Assembly: GCA_040954595.2 (NCBI GenBank)
Contig: CM082576.2
Span: forward strand, 18,833,028-18,897,027
Length of the DNA stretch: 64,000 bases
Origin: Balanoglossus misakiensis
Taxonomy: Eukaryota > Animalia > Hemichordata
Direction of reading: 5' to 3'
The first letter of the stretch is position 1. Every line of letters starts with the position of its first letter. The notes beneath the pieces are model-generated. The model saw nothing but the letters and a program-made list of their open reading frames with translations. It was not told the origin of the DNA and did not search any database. Made by a program: the position numbers and the translations under genes. Of this stretch, positions 26,001 through 40,360 are shown piece after piece.

Positions 26001-29000
26001 GAGTTTTATTGCTGCCAGGACATAACCTAAATATTTTGATAATTATGGCAATGACCCTTGAACTACTTGGATATGTCTCTTGATAAAAAGCCCAACAGTC
26101 ATTATTTTGTTCACATGAGTTTTATTGCTGCCATGACATAACCCTAATATTTTGATAATTTTGGCAATGACCCTTGAACTACTTGGATATGTCTCTTGTT
26201 AAAAAGAACAACAGTCATTATTTTGTTCACATGAGTTTTATTGCTGCCAGGACATAACCAAAATATTTTGATAATTTTGGCAATGACCCTTGATCTACTT
26301 GGATATGTCTCTTGTTAAAAAGCACAACAGTCATGATTTTGTTTACGTGACTACTATTGCTGCCAGGACATAACCCAAATATTTTGATAATTTTGGCAAT
26401 GACCCTTGATCTACTTGGATATGTCTCTTGTTCAAAAGCACAACAGTCATGATTGTGTTCACACGAGTTTTATTGCTGCCAGGACATAACCAAAATATTT
26501 TGATAATTTTGGCAATGACCCTTGATCTACTTGGATATGTCTCTTGTTAAAAAGCACAACAGTCATGATTTTGTTTACGTGACTACTATTGCTGCCAGGA
26601 CATAACCCAAATATTTTGATAATTTTGGCAATGACCCTTGATCTACTTGGATATGTCTCTTGTTAAAAAGCACAACAGTCATGATTGTGTTCACACGAGT
26701 TTTATTGCTGCCAGGACATAACCCAAATATTTTGATAATTTTGGCAATGACCCTTGATCTACTTGGATATGTCTCTTGATAAAAAGCACAACAGTCATGA
26801 TTGTGTTCACATGAGTTTTATTGCTGCCAGGACATAACCCAAATATTTTGATAATTTTGGTAATGACCCTTGATCTACTTGGATATGTCTCTTGTTAAAA
26901 AGCACATCAGTCATGATTTTGTTAACATGAATTTTATTGCTGCCAGGACATATACCAAATAGTTTGATAATTTTGGCAATGACTCTTGATCTACATGAGT
27001 TTTATTGCTGACATGACATAACCCAAATATTTTGATAATTTTGGAAATGACCCTTGATCTACTTGGATATGTCTCTTGTTAAAAATCACAACAGTCATGA
27101 TTGTGTTCACACAAGTTTTATTGCTGCCAGGACATAACCCAAATATTTTTTATAATTTTGGCCATGACCCTTGATCTACTTGGATATGTCTCTTGTTAAA
27201 AAGCACAACAGTCATGATTTTGTTTACGTGACTACTATTGCTGCCAGGACTTAACCCAAATATTTTGATAATCTTGGCAATGACCCTTGATCTACTTGGA
27301 TATGTCTCTTGATAAAAAGCACAACAGTCATGATTGTGTTCACATGAGTTTTATTGCTGCCAGGACATAACCCAAATATTTTGATAATGTTGGTAATGAC
27401 CCTTGATCTTCTTGGATATGTCTCTTGTTAAAAAGCACAACAGTCATGATTGTGTTCACACGACTTTTATTGCTGCCAGGACATAACCCAAATATTTTGA
27501 TAATTTTGGCAATGACCCTTGATCTACTTGGATATGTCTCTTGTTAAAAAGCACAACAGTCATTATTTTGTTCACATGAGTTTTATTGCTGACATGACAT
27601 AACCCAAATATTTTGATAATTTTGGCAATGACCCTTGAACTACTTGGATATGTCTCTTGTTAAAAAGCACAACAGACATTATTTTGTTTACGTGACTACT
27701 ATTGCTGCCAGGACATAACCCAAATATTTTGATAATTTTGGCAATGACCCTTGATCTACTTGGATATGTCTCTTGTTAAAAAGCACAACAGTCATGATTG
27801 TGTTCACACAAGTTTTATTGCTGCCAGGACATAACCCAAATATTTTTTTATAATTTTGGCCATGACCCTTGATCTACTTGGATATGTCTCTTGTTAAAAA
27901 GCACAACAGTCATGATTTTGTTTACGTGACTACTATTGCTGCCAGGACTTAACCCAAATATTTTGATAATCTTGGCAATGACCCTTGATCTACTTGGATA
28001 TGTCTCTTGATAAAAAGCACAACAGTCATGATTGTGTTCACACGAGTTTTATTGATGCCAGGACATAACCCAAATATTTTGATAATTTTGGCCATGACCC
28101 TTGATCTACTTGGATATGTCTCTTGTTAAAAAGCACAACAGTCATGATTTTGTTTACGTGACTACTATTGCTGCCAGGACTTAACCCAAATATTTTGATA
28201 ATTTTGGCAATGACTCTTGATCTACTTGGATATGTCTCTTGTTAAAAAGCACAACAGTCATTATTTTGTTCACATGAGTTTTATTGCTGCCAGGACATAA
28301 CCCAAATATTTTGATAATTATGGCAATGACCCTTGATCTTCTTGGATATGTCTCTTGTTAAAGAGCACAACAGTCATGATTTTGTTAACATGAGTTTTAT
28401 TGCTGCCAGGACATACACCAAATATTTTGATAATTTTGGCAATGACTCTTGATCTACTTGGATATGTCTCTTGATAAAAAGCACAACAGTCATGATTGTG
28501 TTCACATGAGTTTTATTGCTGCCAGGACATAACCCAAATATTTTGATAATGTTGGTAATGACCCTTGATCTTCTTGGATATGTCTCTTGTTAAAAAGCAC
28601 AACAGTCATGATTGTGTTCACACGACTTTTATTGCTGCCAGGACATAACCCAAATATTTTGATAATTTTGGCAATGACCCTTGATCTACTTGGATATGTC
28701 TCTTGTTAAAAAGCACAACAGTCATTATTTTGTTCACATGAGTTTTATTGCTGACATGACATAACCCAAATATTTTGATAATTTTGGCAATGACCCTTGA
28801 ACTACTTGGATATGTCTCTTGTTAAAAAGCACAACAGACATTATTTTGTTTACGTGACTACTATTGCTGCCAGGACATAACCCAAATATTTTGATAATTT
28901 TGGCAATGACCCTTGATCTACTTGGATATGTCTCTTGTTAAAAAGCACAACAGTCATGATTGTGTTCACACAAGTTTTATTGCTGCCAGGACATAACCCA

Positions 29001-32000
29001 AATATTTTTTATAATTTTGGCCATGACCCTTGATCTACTTGGATATGTCTCTTGTTAAAAAGCACAACAGTCATGATTTTGTTTACGTGACTACTATTGC
29101 TGCCAGGACTTAACCCAAATATTTTGATAATCTTGGCAATGACCCTTGATCTACTTGGATATGTCTCTTGATAAAAAGCACAACAGTCATGATTGTGTTC
29201 ACACGAGTTTTATTGATGCCAGGACATAACCCAAATATTTTGATAATTTTGGCCATGACCCTTGATCTACTTGGATATGTCTCTTGTTAAAAAGCACAAC
29301 AGTCATGATTTTGTTTACGTGACTACTATTGCTGCCAGGACTTAACCCAAATATTTTGATAATTTTGGCAATGACTCTTGATCTACTTGGATATGTCTCT
29401 TGTTAAAAAGCACAACAGTCATTATTTTGTTCACATGAGTTTTATTGCTGCCAGGACATAACCCAAATATTTTGATAATTATGGCAATGACCCTTGATCT
29501 TCTTGGATATGTCTCTTGTTAAAGAGCACAACAGTCATGATTTTGTTAACATGAGTTTTATTGCTGCCAGGACATACACCAAATATTTTGATAATTTTGG
29601 CAATGACTCTTGATCTACTTGGATATGTCTCTTGTTAAAAAGCACAACAGTCATTATTTTGTTCACATGAGTTTTATTGCTGCCAGGACATAACCTAAAT
29701 ATTTTGATAATTATGGCAATGACCCTTGAACTACTTGGATATGTCTCTTGATAAAAAGCCCAACAGTCATTATTTTGTTCATACGAGTTTTATTGCTGCC
29801 ATGACATAACCCAAAAATTTTGATAATTTTGGCAATGACCCTTGAACTACTTGGATATGTCTCTTGTTAAAAAGCACAACAGTCATTATTTTGTTCACAT
29901 GAGTTTTATTGCTGCCAGGACATAACACAAATATTTTGATAATTTTGGCAATGACCCTTGATCTACTTGGATATGTCTCTTGTTAAAAAGCACAACAAGT
30001 CATTATTGTGTTCACATGAGTTTTATTGCTGCCAGGACATAACCAAAATATTTTGATAATTTTGGCAATGACCCTTGATCTACTTGGATATGTCTCTTGT
30101 TAAAAAGCACAACAGTCATGATTTTGTTTACGTGACTACTATTGCTGCCAGGACATAACCCAAATATTTTGATAATTTTGGCAATGACCCTTGATCTACT
30201 TGGATATGTCTCTTGTTAAAAAGCACAACAGTCATGATTGTGTTCACACGAGTTTTATTGCTGCCAGGACATAACCCAAATATTTTGATAATTTTGGCAA
30301 TGACCCTTGATCTACTTGGATATGTCTCTTGATAAAAAGCACAACAGTCATGATTGTGTTCACATGAGTTTTATTGCTGCCAGGACATAACCCAAATATT
30401 TTGATAATTTTGGTAATGACCCTTGATCTTCTTGGATATGTCTCTTGTTAAAAAGCACAACAGTCATGATTGTGTTCACACGAGTTTGATTGCTGCCAGG
30501 ACATAACCCAAATATTTTGATAATTTTGGCAATGACCCTTGATCTACTTGGATATGTCTCTTGTTAAAAAGCACAACAGTCATTATTTTGTTCACATGAG
30601 TTTTATTGCTGCCAGGACATAACCTAAATATTTTGATAATTATGGCAATGACCCTTGAACTACTTGGATATGTCTCTTGATAAAAAGCCCAACAGTCATT
30701 ATTTTGTTCATACGAGTTTTATTGCTGCCATGACATAACCCAAAAATTTTGATAATTTTGGCAATGACCCTTGAACTACTTGGATATGTCTCTTGTTAAA
30801 AAGCACAACAGTCATTATTTTGTTCACATGAGTTTTATTGCTGCCAGGACATAACACAAATATTTTGATAATTTTGGCAATGACCCTTGATCTACTTGGA
30901 TATGTCTCTTGTTAAAAAGCACAACAAGTCATTATTGTGTTCACATGAGTTTTATTGCTGCCAGGACATAACCAAAATATTTTGATAATTTTGGCAATGA
31001 CCCTTGATCTACTTGGATATGTCTCTTGTTAAAAAGCACAACAGTCATGATTTTGTTTACGTGACTACTATTGCTGCCAGGACATAACCCAAATATTTTG
31101 ATAATTTTGGCAATGACCCTTGATCTACTTGGATATGTCTCTTGTTAAAAAGCACAACAGTCATGATTGTGTTCACACGAGTTTTATTGCTGCCAGGACA
31201 TAACCCAAATATTTTGATAATTTTGGCAATGACCCTTGATCTACTTGGATATGTCTCTTGATAAAAAGCACAACAGTCATGATTGTGTTCACATGAGTTT
31301 TATTGCTGCCAGGACATAACCCAAATATTTTGATAATTTTGGTAATGACCCTTGATCTTCTTGGATATGTCTCTTGTTAAAAAGCACAACAGTCATGATT
31401 GTGTTCACACGAGTTTGATTGCTGCCAGGACATAACCCAAATATTTTGATAATTTTGGCAATGACCCTTGATCTACTTGGATATGTCTCTTGTTAAAAAG
31501 CACATCTGTCATGATTTTGTTAACATGAATTTTATTGCTGCCAGGACATATACCAAATATTTTGATAATTTTGGCAATGACTCTTGATCTACATGAGTTT
31601 TATTGCTGACATGCCATAACCCAAATATTTTGATAATTTTGGCAATGACCCTTGATCTACTTGGATATGTCTCTTGTTAAAAAGCACAACAGTCATGATT
31701 GTGTTCACACAAGTTTTATTGCTGCCAGGACATAACCCAAATATTTTTTATAATTTTGGCCATGACCCTTGATCTACTTGGATATGACTCTTGTTAAAAA
31801 GCACAACAGTCATGATTTTGTTCACACGAGTTTTATTGCTGCCATGACATAACCCAAATATTTTGATAATTTTGGCAATGACCCTTGAACTACTTGGATA
31901 TGTCTCTTGTTAAAAAGCACAACAGTCATTATTTTGTTCACATGAGTTTTATTGCTGCCAGGACATAACACAAATATTTTGATAATTTTGGCAATGACCC

Positions 32001-35000
32001 TTGATCTACTTGGATATGTCTCTTGTTAAAAAGCACAACAAGTCATTATTGTGTTCACATGAGTTTTATTGCTGCCAGGACATAACCAAAATATTTTGAT
32101 AATTTTGGCAATGACCCTTGATCTACTTGGATATGTCTCTTGTTAAAAAGCACAACAGTCATGATTTTGTTTACGTGACTACTATTGCTGCCAGGACATA
32201 ACCCAAATATTTTGATAATTTTGGCAATGACCCTTGATCTACTTGGATATGTCTCTTGTTAAAAAGCACAACAGTCATGATTGTGTTCACACGAGTTTTA
32301 TTGCTGCCAGGACATAACCCAAATATTTTGATAATTTTGGCAATGACCCTTGATCTACTTGGATATGTCTCTTGATAAAAAGCACAACAGTCATGATTGT
32401 GTTCACATGAGTTTTATTGCTGCCAGGACATAACCCAAATATTTTGATAATTTTGGTAATGACCCTTGATCTTCTTGGATATGTCTCTTGTTAAAAAGCA
32501 CAACAGTCATGATTGTGTTCACACGAGTTTGATTGCTGCCAGGACATAACCCAAATATTTTGATAATTTTGGCAATGACCCTTGATCTACTTGGATATGT
32601 CTCTTGTTAAAAAGCACATCTGTCATGATTTTGTTAACATGAATTTTATTGCTGCCAGGACATATACCAAATATTTTGATAATTTTGGCAATGACTCTTG
32701 ATCTACATGAGTTTTATTGCTGACATGCCATAACCCAAATATTTTGATAATTTTGGCAATGACCCTTGATCTACTTGGATATGTCTCTTGTTAAAAAGCA
32801 CAACAGTCATGATTGTGTTCACACAAGTTTTATTGCTGCCAGGACATAACCCAAATATTTTTTATAATTTTGGCCATGACCCTTGATCTACTTGGATATG
32901 ACTCTTGTTAAAAAGCACAACAGTCATGATTTTGTTCACACGAGTTTTATTGCTGCCATGACATAACCCAAATATTTTGATAATTTTGGCAATGACCCTT
33001 GAACTACTTGGATATGTCTCTTGTTAAAAAGCACAACAGTCATTATTTTGTTCACATGAGTTTTATTGCTGCCAGGACATAACACAAATATTTTGATAAT
33101 TTTGGCAATGACCCTTGATCTACTTGGATATGTCTCTTGTTAAAAAGCACAACAAGTCATTATTGTGTTCACATGAGTTTTATTGCTGCCAGGACATAAC
33201 CAAAATATTTTGATAATTTTGGCAATGACCCTTGATCTACTTGGATATGTCTCTTGTTAAAAAGCACAACAGTCATGATTTTGTTTACGTGACTACTATT
33301 GCTGCAAGGACATAACCCAAATATTTTGATAATTTTGGCAATGACCCTTGATCTACTTGGATATGTCTCTTGTTAAAAAGCACAACAGTCATGATTGTGT
33401 TCACACGAGTTTTATTGCTGCCAGGACATAACCCAAATATTTTGATAATTTTGGCAATGACCCTTGATCTACTTGGATATGTCTCTTGATAAAAAGCACA
33501 ACAGTCATGATTGTGTTCACATGAGTTTTATTGCTGCCAGGACATAACCCAAATATTTTGATAATTTTGGTAATGACCCTTGATCTTCTTGGATATGTCT
33601 CTTGTTAAAAAGCACAACAGTCATGATTGTGTTCACACGAGTTTGATTGCTGCCAGGACATAACCCAAATATTTTGATAATTTTGGCAATGACCCTTGAT
33701 CTACTTGGATATGTCTCTTGTTAAAAAGCACATCAGTCATGATTTTGTTAACATGAATTTTATTGCTGCCAGGACATATACCAAATATTTTGATAATTTT
33801 GGCAATGACTCTTGATCTACATGAGTTTTATTGCTGACATGCCATAACCCAAATATTTTGATAATTTTGGCAATGACCCTTGATCTACTTGGATATGTCT
33901 CTTGTTAAAAAGCACAACAGTCATGATTGTGTTCACACAAGTTTTATTGCTGCCAGGACAGAACCCAAATATTTTTTATAATTTTGGCCATGACCCTTGA
34001 TCTACTTGGATATGTCTCTTGTTAAAAAGCACAACAGTCATGATTTTGTTTACGTGACTACTATTGCTGCCAGGACTTAACCCAAATATTTTGATAATTT
34101 TGGCAATGACCCTTGATCTACTTGGATATGTCTCTTGATAAAAAGCACAACAGTCATGATTGTGCTCACATGCGTTTTATTGCTGCCAGGACATATACCA
34201 AATATTTTGATAATTTTGGCAATGACTCTTGATCTACTTGGATATGTCTCTTGTTAAAAAGCACAACAAGTCATTATTGTGTTCACATGAGTTTTATTGC
34301 TGCCAGGACATAACCAAAATATTTTGATAATTTTGGCAATGACCCTTGATCTACTTGGATATGTCTCTTGTTAAAAAGCACAACAGTCATGATTTTGTTT
34401 ACGTGACTACTATTGCTGCCAGGACATAACCCAAATATTTTGATAATTTTGGAAATGACCCTTGATCTACTTGGATATGTCTCTTGTTAAAAAGCACAAC
34501 AGTCATGATTGTGTTCACACGAGTTTTATTGCTGCCAGGACATAACCCAAATATTTTGATAATTTTGGCAATGACCCTTGATCTACTTGGATATGTCTCT
34601 TGATAAAAAGCACAACAGTCATGATTGTGTTCACATGAATTTTATTGCTGCCAGGACATAACCCAAATATTTTGATAATTTTGGTAATGACCCTTGATCT
34701 TCTTGGATATGTCTCTTGTTAAAAAGCACAACAGTCATGATTGTGTTCACACGAGTTTGATTGCTGCCAGGACATAACCCAAATATTTTGATAATTTTGG
34801 CAATGACCCTTGATCTACTTGGATATGTCTCTTGTTAAAAAGCACATCAGTCATGATTTTGTTAACATGAATTTTATTGCTGCCAGGACATATACCAAAT
34901 ATTTTGATAATTTTGGCAATGACTCTTGATCTACATGAGTTTTATTGCTGACATGCCATAACCCAAATATTTTGATAATTTTGGCAATGACCCTTGATCT

Positions 35001-38000
35001 ACTTGGATATGTCTCTTGTTAAAAAGCACAACAGTCATGATTGTGTTCACACAAGTTTTATTGCTGCCAGGACATAACCCAAATATTTTTTATAATTTTG
35101 GCCATGACCCTTGATCTACTTGGATATGTCTCTTGTTAAAAAGCACAACAGTCATGATTTTGTTTACGTGACTACTATTGCTGCCAGGACTTAACCCAAA
35201 TATTTTGATAATCTTGGCAATGACCCTTGATCTACTTGGATATGTCTCTTGATAAAAAGCACAACAGTCATGATTGTGTTCACATGCGTTTTATTGCTGC
35301 CAGGACATATACCAAATATTTTGATAATTTTGGCAATGACTCTTGATCTACTTGGAGATGTCTCTTGTTAAAAAGCACAACAGTCATTATTTTGTTCACA
35401 TGAGTTTTATTGCTGCCAGGACATAACCCAAATATTTTGATAATTATGGCAATGACCCGTGATCTTCTTTGATATGTCTCTTGTTAAAGAGCACAACAGT
35501 CATGATTGTGTTCACACGAGTTTTATTGCTGTCAGGACATAACCCAAATATTTTGATAATTTTGGCAATGACCCTTGATCTACTTGGATATGTCTCTTGT
35601 TAAAAAGCACATCAGTCTTGATTTTGTTAACATGAGTTTTATTGCTGCCAGGACATACACCAAATATTTTGATAATTTTGGCAATGACTCTTGATCTACT
35701 TGGATATGTCTCTTGTTAAAAAGCACAACAGTCATTATTTTGTTCACATGAGTTTTATTGCTGCCAGGACATAACCTAAATATTTTGATAATTATGGCAA
35801 TGACCCTTGAACTACTTGGATATGTCTCTTGATAAAAAGCACAACAGTCATGATTTTGTTTACGTGACTACTATTGCTGCCAGGACATAACCCAAATATT
35901 TTGATATTATGGCAATGACCCTTGATCTACTTGGATATGTCTCTTGATAAAAAGCACAACAGTCATGATTGTGTTCACATGAGTTTTATTGCTGCCAGGA
36001 CATAACCCAAATATTTTGATAATTTTGGTAATGACCCTTGATCTTCGCGGATATGTCTCTTGTTAAAAAGCACAACAGTCATGATTGTGCTCACATGAGT
36101 TTTATTGCTGCCAGGACATATACCAAATATTTTGATAATTTTGGCAATGACTCTTGATCTACTTGGATATGTCTCTTGTTAAAAAGCACAACAGTCATTA
36201 TTTTGTTCACATGAGTTTTATTGCTGCCAGGACATAACCCAAATATTTTGATAATTTTGGCAATGACCCTTGATCTTCTTTGATATGTCTCTTGTTAAAG
36301 AGCACAACAGTCATGATTGTGTTCACACGAATTTTATTGCTGTCAGGACATAACCCAAATATTTTGATAATTTTGGCAATGACCCTTGATCTTCTTTGAT
36401 ATGTCTCTTGTTAAAAAGCACATCAGTCATGATTTTGTTAACATGAATTTTATTGCTGCCAGGACATATACCAAATATTTTGATAATTTTGGCAATGACT
36501 CTTGATCTACATGAGTTTTATTGCTGACATGACATAACCCAAATATTTTGATAATTTTGGAAATGACCCTTGATCTACTTGGATATGTCTCTTGTTAAAA
36601 AGCACAACAGTCATGATTGTGTTCACACAAGTTTTATTGCTGCCAGGACATAACCCAAATATTTTTTATAATTTTGGCCATGACCCTTGATCTACTTGGA
36701 TATGTCTCTTGTTAAAAAGCACAACAGTCATGATTTTGTTTACGTGACTACTATTGCTGCCAGGACTTAACCCAAATATTTTGATAATTTTGGCAATGAC
36801 CCTTGATCTACTTGGATATGTCTCTTGATAAAAAGCACAACAGTCATGATTGTGTTCACATGAGTTTTATTGCTGCCAGGACATAACCCAAATATTTTGA
36901 TAATTTTGGTAATGACCCTTGATCTTCTTGGATATGTCTCTTGTTAAAAAGCACAACAGTCATGATTGTGTTCACACGACTTTTATTGCTGCCAGGACAT
37001 AACTCAAATATTTTGATAATTTTGGCAATGACCCTTGATCTACTTGGATATGTCTCTTGTTAAAAAGCACATCAGTCATGATTTTGTTAACATGAATTTT
37101 ATTGCTGCCAGGACATATACCAAATATTTTGATAATTTTGGCAATGACTCTTGATCTACATGAGTTTTATTGCTGACATGACATAACCCAAATATTTTGA
37201 TAATTTTGGAAATGACCCTTGATCTACTTGGATATGTCTCTTGTTAAAAAGCACAACAGTCATGATTGTGTTCACACAAGTTTTATTGCTGCCAGGACAT
37301 AACCCAAATATTTTTAAAATTTTGGCCATGACCCTTGATCTACTTGGATATGTCTCTTGTTAAAAAGCACAACAGTCATGATTTTGTTTACGTGACTACT
37401 ATTGCTGCCAGGACTTAACCCAAATATTTTGATAATCTTGGCAATGACCCTTGATCTACTTGGATATGTCTGTTGATAAAAAGCACAACAGTCATGATTG
37501 TGTTCACACGAGTTTTATTGCTGCCAGGACATAACCCAAATATTTAGATAATTTTGGCCATGACCCTTGATCTACTTGGATATGTCTCTTGTTAAAAAGC
37601 ACAACAGTCATGATTTTGTTTACGTGACTACTATTGCTGCCAGGACTTAACCCAAATATTTTGATAATTTTGGCAATGACCCTTGATCTACTTGGATATG
37701 TCTCTTGATAAAAAGCACAACAGTCATGATTGTGCTCACATGAGTTTTATTGCTGCCAGGACATATACCAAATATTTTGATAATTTTGGCAATGACTCTT
37801 GATCTACTTGGATATGTCTCTTGTTAAAAAGCACAACAGTCATTATTTTGTTCACATGAGTTTTATTGCTGCCAGGACATAACCCAAATATTTTGATAAT
37901 TTTGGCAATGACCCTTGATCTTCTTTGATATGTCTCTTGTTAAAGAGCACAACAGTCATGATTGTGTTCACACGAATTTTATTGCTGTCAGGACATAACC

Positions 38001-40360
38001 CAAATATTTTGATAATTTTGGCAATGACCCTTGATCTACTTGGATATGTCTCTTGTTAAAAAGCACATCAGTCATGATTTTGTTAACATGAGTTTTATTG
38101 CTGCCAGGACATACACCAAATATTTTGATAATTTTGGCAATGACTCTTGATCTACTTGGATATGTCTCTTGTTAAAAAGCACAACAGTCATTATTTTGTT
38201 CACATGAGTTTTATTGCTGCCAGGACATAACCTAAATATTTTGATAATTATGGCAATGACCCTTGAACTACTTGGATATGTCTCTTGATAAAAAGCCCAA
38301 CAGTCATTATTTTGTTCACATGAGTTTTATTGCTGCCATGACATAACCCAAATATTTTGATAATTTTGGCAATGACCCTTGAACTACTTGGATATGTCTC
38401 TTGTTAAAAAGCACAACAGTCATTATTTTGTTCACATGAGTTTTATTGCTGCCAGGACATAACCAAAATATTTTGATAATTTTGGCAATGACCCTTGATC
38501 TACTTGGATATGTCTCTTGTTAAAAAGCACATCAGTCATGATTTTGTTAACATGAGTTTTATTGCTGCCAGGACATACACCAAATATTTTGATAATTTTG
38601 GCAATGACTCTTGATCTACTTGGATATGTCTCTTGTTAAAAAGCACAACAGTCATTATTTTGTTCACATGAGTTTTATTGCTGCCAGGACATAACCTAAA
38701 TATTTTGATAATTTTGGAAATGACCCTTGATCTACTTGGATATGTCTCTTGTTAAAAAGCACAACAGTCATGAATGTGTTCACACAAGTTTTATTGCTGC
38801 CAGGACATAACCCAAATATTTTTTATAATTTTGGCCATGACCCTTGATCTACTTGGATATGTCTCTTGTTAAAAAGCACAACAGTCATGATTTTGTTTAC
38901 GTGACTACTATTGCTGCCAGGACTTAACCCAAATATTTTGATAATCTTGGCAATGACCCTTGATCTACTTGGATATGTCTCTTGATAAAAAGCACAACAG
39001 TCATGATTGTGTTCACACGAGTTTTATTGCTGCCAGGACATAACCCACATATTTAGATAATTTTGGCCATGACCCTTGATCTACTTGGATATGTCTCTTG
39101 TTAAAAAGCACAACAGTCATGATTTTGTTTACGTGACTACTATTGCTGCCAGGACTTAACCCAAATATTTTGATAATTTTGGCAATGACCCTTGATCTAC
39201 TTGGATATGTCTCTTGATAAAAAGCACAACAGTCATGATTGTGTTCACACGAGTTTTATTGCTGCCAGGACATAACCCAAATATTTAGATAATTTTGGCC
39301 ATGACCCTTGATCTACTTGGATATGTCTCTTGTTAAAAAGCACAACAGTCATTATTTTGTTCACATGAGTTTTATTGCTGCCAGGACATAACCCAAATAT
39401 TTTGATAATTATGGCAATGACCCTTGATCTTCTTTGATATGTCTCTTGTTAAAGAGCACAACAGTCATGATTGTGTTCACACGAGTTTTATTGCTGCCAG
39501 GACATAACCCAAATATTTTGATAATTTTGGCAATGACCCTTGATCTACTTGGATATGTCTCTTGTTAAAAAGCACATCAGTCATGATTTTGTTAACATGA
39601 GTTTTATTGCTGCCAGGACATACACCAAATATTTTGATAATTTTGGCAATGACTCTTGATCTACTTGGATATGTCTCTTGTTAAAAAGCACAACAGTCAT
39701 TATTTTGTTCACATGAGTTTTATTGCTGCCAGGACATAACCTAAATATTTTGATAATTTTGGAAATGACCCTTGATCTACTTGGATATGTCTCTTGTTAA
39801 AAAGCACAACAGTCATGATTGTGTTCACACAAGTTTTATTGCTGCCAGGACATAACCCAAATATTTTTTATAATTTTGGCCATGACCCTTGATCTACTTG
39901 GATATGTCTCTTGTTAAAAAGCACAACAGTCATGATTTTGTTTACGTGACTACTATTGCTGCCAGGACTTAACCCAAATATTTTGATAATCTTGGCAATG
40001 ACCCTTGATCTACTTGGATATGTCTCTTGTTAAAAAGCACAACAGTCATTATTTTGTTCACATGAGTTTTATTGCTGCCAGGACATAACCTAAATATTTT
40101 GATAATTTTGGCAATGACCCTTGATCTACTTGGATATGTCTCTTGTTAAAAGCACAACAGTCGTGATTTGTTCACACAAGTACTACTGCTGCCAGGGCAT
40201 AACCCAAATATTTTGATAATTTTTGCAATGACCCTTGATGTACTTGGGTATGTCTCTTGTCAAAAAGCACAGCAGTCATGATTTTGTTCACATGAGTTTT
40301 ATTGCTGCCAGGACATAACCCAAATATTTTGATAATTTTGGCAATGACCCTTGATCTACA
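20079..40360. repeat. Satellite 1: 116-bp monomer, roughly 175-180 copies, with local higher-order repeats
   Basis: gatatgtctc recurs at 20085, 20201, 20317 and onward. Consensus ttggatatgtctcttgttaaaaagcacaacagtcatgatt(g/t)tgttcacatgagttttattgctgccaggacataacccaaatattttgataattttggcaatgacccttgatctac. Confidence 0.98.

Noticed and set aside
20079-40360. CRISPR-like array (constant blocks alternating with a variable segment)
   Set aside because: The variable parts are point variants of one sequence, not unique spacers; there are no cas genes and the context is eukaryotic.
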